Shown here: in pieces, positions 38,701-45,923 of the stretch
Layout: each line of letters opens with the position of its first letter
Numbering within the stretch: the stretch's first letter is position 1
From: a virus
Lineage: Duplodnaviria; Caudoviricetes
Direction: 5' to 3' (one strand)
Virus record (IMG/VR): IMGVR_UViG_3300020365_000024
Span: 1 to 49,182 of that record
Length of the DNA stretch: 49,182 bases
Program-made: the position numbers and the translations under genes
The notes under the pieces: generated by a model
What the model was told of the DNA's origin: nothing
The model's database searches: none
What the model saw: the letters and a program-made list of their open reading frames with translations, nothing else

Positions 38701-41700
38701 CTCAGTCACTTCTGGTTGGAATGGAGCAAAAAATTGGAACCTAGTAGAATCTACGATCTTGACATTTTGTGTTCCTGCGGGAAGTAAAAGAACACTAAAA
38801 TATTTTTTATTATTAAGAACTCCGTTCTTTTCATCATAATAATATACTCTTGATACATTAGTATCCAACAGAGCTACTTTTTCAATAGTTGCTGATGCAC
38901 CTGGAGTTCCTGGTGTTCCAACATATGTGACATTCGCCAATGTATTAACATTAGAAGAGTCTTCGGAGAAAATCAGATTATGATTCAGGTTAGATCCATC
39001 ACTAAGATCAAATACATATTTACTTCCTCTAATAAATCTAAACTGAAGATCTCTCGCATAATAATTTCCTGTTCCTGTAGGATCAATTTCCCAATATACA
39101 CTTTTTCCTGTTACATCAGCAATATCTATTGGTCTACCAGTTGGTGTTGATGTATCAGGAATATTAATAGAATTTGTAATAGTTCCTGAAGTTACTCTTA
39201 CATCAATTTTTGAGTTTACTTTATCAATTTGATAAACTACACCAGCAACACCTGGACTAGTAATTGCATCACCAACAGCAATTCTATAATCTGGTTGATC
39301 ATCTGGAATATGTAAGGTTACTGTATTTGTTGTAGCATGTAATCTTAGAGGAGTTGAAAATTGATTTCTATCAACCGTAAGTTGACCAGAATTTGTATCA
39401 ATTGCTGTAATTTTTAAAATTTCATCATTAATTTTAATATAATCGTTTTCTCTGAATAATGCTGCATCAGGAGTGTAAATATTGATGTTAACTGAATTAA
39501 AAGCAACATTAGCAACCAATCTTGAGGTGACTGATGGTTTATTGTAAGTAATTGTTTGATAATCAGATACTCTTACCTTGAAGTTTTTGGTAATATTGAC
39601 ATTATCTAAATCTAATGATAAAGTTACTAAATCATTCTCAGAGAGACCGTGTGGTTCTGAGGTTTCTGCAGTAACTGCAAATTTTGTGCCCATATATTGA
39701 GGGGCACTAACATCAATCGGCCACGGTGCTGTTGGAATACCGTTTGTAGTAGGTATAGACTGCCCTGGAACAACTTGATATGAAACTCTAGGAACATTTT
39801 TTCCATTGACTTCAAAAACTCTTCCAAAAAGTCTAGATCCTTCTGTATCTGTGTTATCAATATATAAAAAATCGTTATTTTTGAAGGTATTTCCAGATTC
39901 TGTTACAGTAAATGAATCTACAGATCCCCTCTCAACACTTCCAACTACTAAAGATGCATCAAATCCTTTGGAAGGAGTATTTGATGTTCTAATTCTTCTT
40001 GCTCCTGTAGGAATATTAGAATCATTACTTTGATCAAATTCAAGATTGTAATTATTTTGAGCAGGGACTGATTGAAAACTTTCACCAACAATATATGGAT
40101 AAACACCTGACCCAAAACTGTTTACTGTTAGAAAATAACAATATCTACCATCAGGATACTCTGGTGTTTTACAAAAACGACCATTATTAAAATCTAACGT
40201 TCCATTACCCTGGACAAACTCATAGTCATCTACAAAAGCACCTAAGGGGTATTTTGTTGTATTTGGTCTGGTTGCTGAAACAGAAGATTTTAGGGCATAT
40301 GAAGATGTTTGTCTAGTAATCGGACTATTCTCATTTACAGGATTACTATAACCATATGGACCATAAATTGGATTTCCATCATACGCCCAACCTAGAATAG
40401 GAGAATGGACATATCCAGAAGGTTTCTCTCCATAGTCATTACTGACACCTAAAACATTATCTACTAATTCACTTCTTAAAATCTTTGGATTTTGTGCATA
40501 TCCATATTGTAATGCATACGCAGCATTTCTACTTGCATATAAGTATCCATTTCCGAGATCAGATCTTACTTGTGTTGCAGGAATCCAATTTTCATTGGCA
40601 TCTAAAAAATATTTTGTCTTAAATACTCTGTCAAAAGACCATTTTTTGACATTAGCAGTAGCAAAAACTCCAGAACCTTTTGATACAATTCTTACTTGGA
40701 TTGTGCTTCTATCTGTATAATCAGTACCACCATTAAGAACGATAATTCCAGTAACTTGATTATTTGTTACCTCGGCAATAGCAAACGCACCTTTACCTCT
40801 CCCAGAGGTATCAGTAATTTCTACGTTTGGAGTGGCAACATAATCCTGTCCACCAGAAGCAACTGTAATAGTTTTAATTTCACCATTTCTGAGATGAGCA
40901 TCTTGAGTAACTGATGCTGTTGCATTAAAACCATAAGTTACTTCAAGTTCATGATCTGACGTATAATCAGATCCACCATTGACTACAGAAATATTTGTAA
41001 CTTTGCCATCTACAATATCTGCGTTAAAAGTAGCTCCGTTTCCAGTAGCATTTTTTACTCTGAAAATTGGTTGAATGTTCTCCTCAAATCCAAAACCAGA
41101 TTGTGCAATACTCACACTGTCAATTGGTCCGAAAGCAACTTCCTCATAGTCTTTAGGACTAAATGCTTCAACACCATTGACGAATAAACCAACGGGTTTG
41201 CTTCCAACGGTTTGAACTTGTGTATTTTTTTCTTGAACTAATGGAAATGACTTAAGAATATTTTGATTTCTGATATCAAATCCAGTTCCAGTAAAACCAC
41301 CAATTGGGTGTCCAGGAAGTCCTGCACTTGTTACATAAGCATACTTTGAATCTTTAAAAACAGCAAAAACTTCAGTGGGGATGTCTTTTACCGCATTATT
41401 AATTTGAACATCAGAACTAGATGAACGAGTCCCAACCTCATTTAGTATCCAACTAGTAAACTGTGGTCTAGAATCCGAGGCACCATCTTGAGACAGTGTA
41501 ATTCTTTCACCATCTTCAAAATAATTGGAACCATCTATAATATCAACTTCAGAGAGAACTCCAAGAACTTTCAATCTTATCTGATCTTCCACTTCAGTTT
41601 TACCTGGAGGATATCCAAAAATATATTCAGTAGTACGAACTTCTTGATTAATAAAATGTGCTGCAGCGTTAGTTCCATATACTCCTCTACCACAATCAAT

Positions 41701-42759
41701 AAACTGATTGAAGGTTTTGGTTCTATATGTAATAAACTCTCCATCAATCTCAATTACACCATTTGATTTTGGAAAACTAAGAGTACTATCAACAGTAATT
41801 ACCGTATCTGTGGCAGAAATATTACTTCTAAGAATAGATTCTTGTGGGATATCAAATGGTTGTGAGTCTAGTACATTCAATCTAACTTCATAGATATTTT
41901 TAGAACCAGAAGAATAGTTTGAGATATTATTGATTAATAGATCATCAATAATAGCAGTTGCTTGAATGACACCACTAGCATCAGTTTGTCTAACTTGAGC
42001 ACCGACCAAATCATACGGATTTCCCTGAATTGCTTCAACTTTAATAATATCATCAACAGTAAAATCAGAATATGAAGCTTTGATTACTCTATCTTTTGGA
42101 TAGCGAATAGTAATTTCTTCATCAAATAATGCTCTAAAAAGGAATTCAACAGAAAGATCTGTTCCTTTATAACTGTAGAAGTCTTTGATATTTCTGATCA
42201 GTGTATCTTTGCCAATCTGATCCGAAATATTTTCATGTGGGAATCCAGCAAGATATTGCTCTTCGTAGTTCTTTAGGACAAAGAAGAGAATTAAATTTGA
42301 ATAATTTGTTACAACAGCATCAGCAGCATGACTTTGAGCAGTGCTAGTCTGAACCGTAGTCTTCTGATTATCAAATGTTGTAGTCGCAGTAAACCCTCTC
42401 TTACATCCAGTAAGAGTTCTTGTTGAAATATTTACAGATTCGTACTGAATAATCTCACTACCAATTCCAATAACACCACCATCAGTAGAGAGACCATCAA
42501 TTTTATCTACAACAATGGAAGTAGCACTATCATCAATTGCAGATTCTAATTTATAAGTTTTAACTAGATTAAACTTTCTCAGGTTGTCAACATTAGAATA
42601 TTCCAGAAAATTATTCTGAATATCCAGAACACCACCAGATACTTCTAATGACTTATAATACTCTTCAAAGAATTTTACAAAAGTAGGAAACTCATCAACA
42701 ATGAAACTTGGTAGTTGCTGATCAACTAAATCTGATATTGTTAACTTATTAAAATTCAT
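32791..42759 (-). CDS. gp7: Baseplate wedge initiator gp7, enlarged multidomain form (3322 aa)
   Basis: QLP.FI..EFP.FV.F...YY, IKDFY..KGT..S..FLFR.LF and DS.Y.QDFSYVIRS......Y......HP.GFK.FGE; located between gp6 and gp8. Confidence 0.88.
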   Translation of the reverse strand: MNFNKLTISDLVDQQLPSFIVDEFPTFVKFFEEYYKSLEVSGGVLDIQNNFLEYSNVDNLRKFNLVKTYKLESAIDDSATSIVVDKIDGLSTDGGVIGIGSEIIQYESVNISTRTLTGCKRGFTATTTFDNQKTTVQTSTAQSHAADAVVTNYSNLILFFVLKNYEEQYLAGFPHENISDQIGKDTLIRNIKDFYSYKGTDLSVEFLFRALFDEEITIRYPKDRVIKASYSDFTVDDIIKVEAIQGNPYDLVGAQVRQTDASGVIQATAIIDDLLINNISNYSSGSKNIYEVRLNVLDSQPFDIPQESILRSNISATDTVITVDSTLSFPKSNGVIEIDGEFITYRTKTFNQFIDCGRGVYGTNAAAHFINQEVRTTEYIFGYPPGKTEVEDQIRLKVLGVLSEVDIIDGSNYFEDGERITLSQDGASDSRPQFTSWILNEVGTRSSSSDVQINNAVKDIPTEVFAVFKDSKYAYVTSAGLPGHPIGGFTGTGFDIRNQNILKSFPLVQEKNTQVQTVGSKPVGLFVNGVEAFSPKDYEEVAFGPIDSVSIAQSGFGFEENIQPIFRVKNATGNGATFNADIVDGKVTNISVVNGGSDYTSDHELEVTYGFNATASVTQDAHLRNGEIKTITVASGGQDYVATPNVEITDTSGRGKGAFAIAEVTNNQVTGIIVLNGGTDYTDRSTIQVRIVSKGSGVFATANVKKWSFDRVFKTKYFLDANENWIPATQVRSDLGNGYLYASRNAAYALQYGYAQNPKILRSELVDNVLGVSNDYGEKPSGYVHSPILGWAYDGNPIYGPYGYSNPVNENSPITRQTSSYALKSSVSATRPNTTKYPLGAFVDDYEFVQGNGTLDFNNGRFCKTPEYPDGRYCYFLTVNSFGSGVYPYIVGESFQSVPAQNNYNLEFDQSNDSNIPTGARRIRTSNTPSKGFDASLVVGSVERGSVDSFTVTESGNTFKNNDFLYIDNTDTEGSRLFGRVFEVNGKNVPRVSYQVVPGQSIPTTNGIPTAPWPIDVSAPQYMGTKFAVTAETSEPHGLSENDLVTLSLDLDNVNITKNFKVRVSDYQTITYNKPSVTSRLVANVAFNSVNINIYTPDAALFRENDYIKINDEILKITAIDTNSGQLTVDRNQFSTPLRLHATTNTVTLHIPDDQPDYRIAVGDAITSPGVAGVVYQIDKVNSKIDVRVTSGTITNSINIPDTSTPTGRPIDIADVTGKSVYWEIDPTGTGNYYARDLQFRFIRGSKYVFDLSDGSNLNHNLIFSEDSSNVNTLANVTYVGTPGTPGASATIEKVALLDTNVSRVYYYDEKNGVLNNKKYFSVLLLPAGTQNVKIVDSTRFQFFAPFQPEVTEWLNLVSYKTTSLTSTGSISSISVIDGGEGYKKLPKIEGVTHSLLDDFRGELTLISGSVSSVIVLNGGSRYSASTKIFINTTTGSGAKLTPVIVNERIISVTIDDPGDGYAETDTITAVDTDAKIYAEGTDIGKVKTVRFNNNGSQFTSDRTLSKSLLFNKKVIVKGLGSNTYKLAEVVTTTGGFEGKVQEIKLIGNEIYLLNLLVVRGELKTGDVLSGQINQYTSTVEYVTNPDIVGLVNSFIGKVGFYDSDLGKISSSSQKITDSNYFQDFSYVIRSTRSLSDYKQYVDETTHPLGFKLFGEVAVENDVDFEDTVTGQPFSIGLADNANANEVIIQLPDINVESDIVLKKYEVSTIRTANIKAYGGSGAARLNFLDNQIESTKMADISADFDGARAVFSLSTNDGNFPTDTSNTSVMIALNEVFQEPYQTQNITGISYDAGMMTVTTDGDHGLAVTVSGTTYPDQKYVHISGVTNSVANVNFNDKFEIYDVPTSNSFRATINNPNGTLTNNDPAVCADVQSTIDNLTTILTYYTANPSATRPIRNVGIWTDPTKGPVSANRHRDGANLINANKFEIIDRANAEISLQHPDFYYPNDPQTNGYSRYRDAYRLIMTNRKELVDRGAAQIAVDYPDFVYPGDPATASDYRFKDAYRLIQQNRQEIIDNAWTTMQAGSNTADPAVETKCKRDIGLFIDYTSLDLVNGGNEYARKFALQYFDDQGNPLTNGLLGEELASNDAFNAAKDNMILAFTNQLTVTDSTITPDPAGAPLCANVTSAITTLTGIVTAAIAAGSTAGLPTETIGSDRTGEAKCKRDLGLFVDAMALDVHTGGNVYARKFLKQYFNAAGTSFTTNGLDGEILQSVTAFEKVRDLMKEAIVNQLLVKDLTITAANANYWGTAVGTPTNVTYDANTGISVITIANHGLSNGDDVVIKSNGITMTCSMDGNVAEKSYPRLADGNHEQSLAVSNVTTDTFEINVGTSPRVNHQVSSATYDPVSGDVTMDIGAHSLRAGTSIKLRDEALTFTCAYDNYATEHSYPKTTILSKTIETADYNPSTGVLTVTVEDHGWENGDFIKFDDDSLVFTCARDNNQTEHAYPRSTDPVSGKWLPIFDVYYDTFKVKVGVSSDTSAHTFVRSVADGLKKKKDKTFDTAVPIVTKTATTITINVGSSTDTSTHIFVSALSDAVISGGDYSHTFVRAATDAIVRPVVNSPVANNSNGACADVQSNIDNLVSIVTTYLNQGSLVTPLALPIESMRVPSFGEGKCKRDLGIIVDAIIADMRSGGNSNILDATDRYIDGTALLTNGIAGELAESTTAFNKARDMAKLAIANQLYNKDFTILPDFLTTSGTLDSADVTNALYTEGQYEYNNSSVTFYEKPKTGTTFYSTFFKFIDGADDARYSYKIKDILFDGTTKTYDLLKKNGTNVVTEADENLLIFVDGVMQIYGESYTINRSVNPNQIIFTEAFERERHFFGYTFSKYKILNNFSHLLDGSRKSFELQFGDDNIIPPDVHQILVLLDGVPQSEGVSYNITDNVLTFKEAPQVGKNCHCLYFYGKTFDKTISIWNGNVFENLEYIGRNSPDGCRYLNKVANTGDIIQPGDLIKIDGETPKEIIRIDEKALENTDNLLYTAFVYTDNAYIRGKNAVANAVVTGVTVSDGNTVGIENTVGISDTMGIPPVFDYQVTGVNITNPGLEYDVAPEVLFKVTCDNPGTGAEAYAEITNGKVTNVVITNPGSGYTAAPELIFAKKYEIVRPHTPLFFKKDIVVDYTAEGGNAGLGFGVVDQSEVEDLRPLVVSQISAERTTHVQTQLHNADRTNEPGLAHNLNTFDQIKFQFEPQELNDPLANYLGTGVTIEHMTRYAPNITIGDFTTHAGVAYGSAGGVIINIPTDAYVSYGLTLNGAINDTVTTVTVTGDVSNFPPSGYLEFGDEIMEYTSISGQDFTVVRGSKSTTATAHADGDYLRLAWRG

Positions 42760-42760
42760 T

Positions 42761-44614
42761 TTACGCTACTTCTTTGAACATTGAGAAAGTACTATCTGAT
42801 AATGCAAGATTTAAATAAACCTCACGAACTGCAAAGATATCATCATTTTTAGGAACAGCAGTAATGTAAATATTGTTATCAGCATCACTACCACTGATAA
42901 TTTGAAGTTGGTTAATTAGCACCTTTCCTTCATCATAATTAACATTGCCAACATCATCAATCAGGACTACTTTACTTGCAGTAATTGAGTCAATAGTATA
43001 TATTCTTAAAACTCCATCCTCTGTATCTTCAAGATATACATCAATGTTATCATACCCACTAATTCTAAATTTAGTACTGGTAATCGTAGGTGTGCCATCG
43101 CAAAATTTTGCAAATGAATTTACATAACACAGAAGATATTGAGCTTTAGCACTAAGTGCAGGAACTAGTTTTTTTCTAAGACGAAACTCAGTATTGTTTC
43201 CAGTAATAGATTGCTGAGCAGAATCAACTACTGTAGTAACTTTACTCTTCCTAATAACACCACCAAATTTACTAAGATTTGCAGATTCATCATATTGAGT
43301 CAGATTATCAATAACTAAATTTCTAAGTTGCTCTTGAGTTAAATTTGTTTCCGTCTGGTTATAGAAAATTTTAGATAATACTAAAACATCAACAACAGAG
43401 GGATCAACAATGATAGGAGTTACAGATGCAACTGTAAACTTCTTTAATTTTGATAAAATATCATTTTTTGTCGAATTACTCAAAATATCGCTATATTTTG
43501 GTTTAATAGCAATCTTTACACGTCCATATTCTGGCGGTTCTTCAGTTTCACCACCATATACAATAATATCTGCAATTGAAGAGTAAATTCTTTGTGTAAT
43601 GATCTTATAATCATCTAATGTTACTGCTCTATTCTGTGCAGCATAGAATTTAGGAGCATTTGATTTAATCAATTCGTCAGACTCAATATCATCACCCCCA
43701 GTACTACCACTTTTTACTGTAACGTTAACTCCTGTTATAACACGGGAACTATTCTCATCATAAAGTTCTCCAGAAAATACAAAATCCTTAATATCATTGG
43801 CAGTTTGACCAGATGTTGTTAAATATGAAACTTCAATAACTTGACCATCCTTTAATGCTTTTCCAAGGACTCCATCGCCAAAAATTAACTCATATCTGCT
43901 GTCATTAATTTCCTGAACAAAGAACACAGGATCATTTGCAGAAACATCTAAGATATTAGATACTTTTTCAAAAACTTCTTTATTAGATGCATTTGCATTT
44001 TCTCTCACTGATACTCTAATTGTCTCAGTATCAATATTTCCAGTTGGAATTACGAATTTTTGATTTGGAATTGTATCATCTACAACAAATGAAAATGTTA
44101 AGTAAACACCCTCCAAGATGTTTAAATTGCGATCATCATCTCTATTGCTGATACGGCAAATATTATTGACAACAGGACTTACAACGTCCTCAAGAACTGC
44201 AAATTGAAATGTCTCTGACCTAGCATCTACATTTGATGCAATAAAACAATTCCCCTTCTTCAGCGTAAGGAATCTTGGCACCAATCTTTGGTCAATTGCG
44301 GCAACAGAACTAAAATCAACTTTTAACTCTACAACAGCAGTGGATGAAGTTCTGGATTTTGCAGTATACCCTAACTGTTTCGCAATTCTTACAATATTAT
44401 CTCTTAATGATGCTGATGATAAGAAATTTTCATTAGCTGCCATCGTTGTATTGAAGGCAGTGTAATAGGTATTGTACGCCAAAAGATCAACCACTGATGA
44501 CAGGGTTGATCCTTCAAAATCATAATCAGTAAAATCGGTATTACGCCTCAAATATTCAACCAGAGCAGCTCTGATATCAGCGTAATCTAGAGAACTAACT
44601 TGTGCGAATGCCAT
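42761..44614 (-). CDS. gp6: Baseplate wedge subunit gp6
   Basis: LD..DI...L..YL.....FTDYDFEGS.LS...DLLAYNTYY...NE.FL.SA.LR.N and QNRAVT..DY. Confidence 0.95.
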   Translation of the reverse strand: MAFAQVSSLDYADIRAALVEYLRRNTDFTDYDFEGSTLSSVVDLLAYNTYYTAFNTTMAANENFLSSASLRDNIVRIAKQLGYTAKSRTSSTAVVELKVDFSSVAAIDQRLVPRFLTLKKGNCFIASNVDARSETFQFAVLEDVVSPVVNNICRISNRDDDRNLNILEGVYLTFSFVVDDTIPNQKFVIPTGNIDTETIRVSVRENANASNKEVFEKVSNILDVSANDPVFFVQEINDSRYELIFGDGVLGKALKDGQVIEVSYLTTSGQTANDIKDFVFSGELYDENSSRVITGVNVTVKSGSTGGDDIESDELIKSNAPKFYAAQNRAVTLDDYKIITQRIYSSIADIIVYGGETEEPPEYGRVKIAIKPKYSDILSNSTKNDILSKLKKFTVASVTPIIVDPSVVDVLVLSKIFYNQTETNLTQEQLRNLVIDNLTQYDESANLSKFGGVIRKSKVTTVVDSAQQSITGNNTEFRLRKKLVPALSAKAQYLLCYVNSFAKFCDGTPTITSTKFRISGYDNIDVYLEDTEDGVLRIYTIDSITASKVVLIDDVGNVNYDEGKVLINQLQIISGSDADNNIYITAVPKNDDIFAVREVYLNLALSDSTFSMFKEVA

Positions 44615-44617
44615 TGA

Positions 44618-45022
44618 TTATATCTTTGATGAAGAAGTTAACGATAATGTAGTTCTGAATAATTGGGGCGAAGTATCTGGAATAGTATAAACAATTTGCA
44701 CATCATAAGTATATTCCGCTTCATTCAAATCTACTATGACTTCTAGTAAGTTAACTCTAGGTTCATATTTAGAAATTAACAGTGATACTTCATTTTTAAG
44801 TAAACCAGCGGTGGCAAAATCAAAAGGTTCAAACAATAAATCAGGAATTCCACTACCAAACGACGAGTTAAAAAATTTCTCGCCCTTCCTATAGGAAAAT
44901 AAGTTAAGAAGAGATCTCTTAATTGCATTCTCATCCTTGAGAATGTTGAGATCTTTTCTTAACGGGTTGATTTTGAATGTATAACTCAAGTCCCTATAGG
45001 ATCTTGATGGTTTCAACGCCAT
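44618..45022 (-). CDS. gp25: Baseplate wedge subunit / sheath initiator gp25
   Basis: DL...F..NP...D......E.AIKRS..NL.....GEK.F...FGS....LFE...YEPRV (GPW_gp25 pattern), upstream of gp6. Confidence 0.93.
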   Translation of the reverse strand: MALKPSRSYRDLSYTFKINPLRKDLNILKDENAIKRSLLNLFSYRKGEKFFNSSFGSGIPDLLFEPFDFATAGLLKNEVSLLISKYEPRVNLLEVIVDLNEAEYTYDVQIVYTIPDTSPQLFRTTLSLTSSSKI

Positions 45023-45041
45023 TTGATAGTAGATTTTTCAA

Positions 45042-45173
45042 TTATTTATCACGATTTTTGTCATCTTTCTTTTTTTGAGATTTTTTCAGCAGTCTGTCAG
45101 AGTCAATTTGAGTGATTAGAGTCATCCCAGACTTAATAAAGTCTTTACTTTTGTCAGTCGGTGAGTTTCCCAT
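45042..45173 (-). CDS. Small basic hypothetical protein (43 aa), not in ORF track
   Basis: Manual translation MGNSPTDKSKDFIKSGMTLITQIDSDRLLKKSQKKKDDKNRDK*. It fills the gap to gp25 and resembles small ORFs I recall preceding gp25 in cyanophages. Confidence 0.7.
   Translation of the reverse strand: MGNSPTDKSKDFIKSGMTLITQIDSDRLLKKSQKKKDDKNRDK
45043..45050 (-). promoter_or_regulatory. Candidate late promoter (GATAAATA) for gp25-gp6-gp7
   Basis: One mismatch to TATAAATA, 20 nt before the gp25 ATG, overlapping the stop of the 43-aa ORF. Confidence 0.65.
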
Positions 45174-45636
45174 CGGTTTTTTGTGTAGTTTTTACAATTT
45201 CGTAATCATTTCCAAGAATTTCTTGCATCATTGCATCATTCCAATGTGCATAATATCCAGATTTTGCCAAAATTTCGCGATGTTGACGCAATTTTGCTTT
45301 TGATTGACACAACATTAAGTTGTACTTACCATTATTTGTCTGAATTCCATTAAGAAAAGTATGATAATTGGCACAATCTTCCAAAAATATGAATTCTGGG
45401 TAGATTGTGTTGTAAATTTCACACCACATTTGGATAGCGTCAGCATCCAGATAATCTTCAACGACAAAAATGACGACATCACACCCTTTAATAGGCATGA
45501 TATCGTCAATCGGTGCTTCCACAACCTTATATGAAGCAGTTGAAGAGTAAGGACAGATAGAAAAATTTCCTAATTCTGGTCGGACTTCGGAAATTTTAGC
45601 AATCCAATCCTTAATATGCTCTTCAATCTCAATCAT
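45154..45636 (-). CDS. Hypothetical protein (160 aa), distantly DUF1415-like
   Basis: WI......PELGNF.ICPY motif; ATGA overlap with the upstream ORF. Confidence 0.7.
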   Translation of the reverse strand: MIEIEEHIKDWIAKISEVRPELGNFSICPYSSTASYKVVEAPIDDIMPIKGCDVVIFVVEDYLDADAIQMWCEIYNTIYPEFIFLEDCANYHTFLNGIQTNNGKYNLMLCQSKAKLRQHREILAKSGYYAHWNDAMMQEILGNDYEIVKTTQKTDGKLTD

Positions 45637-45728
45637 TCTTCTTTTTTCTTGTCTGGATGCTCTTGATCAGCAGGTCTACGTCCTACGACGTAACCATAGG
45701 TCTTTGGTGCTGGAGTTTCTTCGCTCAT
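45633..45728 (-). CDS. Very small hypothetical protein (31 aa), not in ORF track
   Basis: MSEETPAPKTYGYVVGRRPADQEHPDKKKEE*, with ATGA start/stop overlaps at both ends. Confidence 0.65.
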   Translation of the reverse strand: MSEETPAPKTYGYVVGRRPADQEHPDKKKEE

Positions 45729-45871
45729 CTTCCTTGTCCGCGATAACGTTTACGGGCTCCGTTACGGGAGCTTGCACTGTATTTAGTATGCTGACCATCT
45801 CCCTGGCGCGTTTTTTTGGGCTTTGACTCAATGTTAGCGTTGCCACCAGTAAGTGAAGGGCGTTTTGCCAT
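45725..45871 (-). CDS. Small very basic protein (48 aa), not in ORF track
   Basis: MAKRPSLTGGNANIESKPKKTRQGDGQHTKYSASSRNGARKRYRGQGR*, with GAGGA RBS. The KKTRQG...KYS..SRN...K.YRGQG pattern is familiar from T4-like cyanophages. Confidence 0.8.
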   Translation of the reverse strand: MAKRPSLTGGNANIESKPKKTRQGDGQHTKYSASSRNGARKRYRGQGR

Positions 45872-45894
45872 GAATTCCTCAAATGTACCTTGAT

Positions 45895-45923
45895 ATTATA
45901 TCACATCAATTATGCTTCTGCAA
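45895..45923 (-). promoter_or_regulatory. Sigma70-type promoter with extended -10
   Basis: TTGCAG (45923-45918), 17 nt, TG-n-TATAAT (TATAAT at 45900-45895), 23 nt before the ATG at 45871. Confidence 0.7.

Noticed and set aside
32791-42759. Intein or intron explaining the unusual size of gp7
   Set aside because: The ORF is continuous. No intein splice-junction pattern or homing-endonuclease motif was seen, and the extra length is accounted for by repeated structural modules.
45676-45882. 68-aa ORF from the track
   Set aside because: It has a TTG start without an RBS and overlaps better-supported 48-aa and 31-aa ORFs that have an RBS and ATGA coupling.
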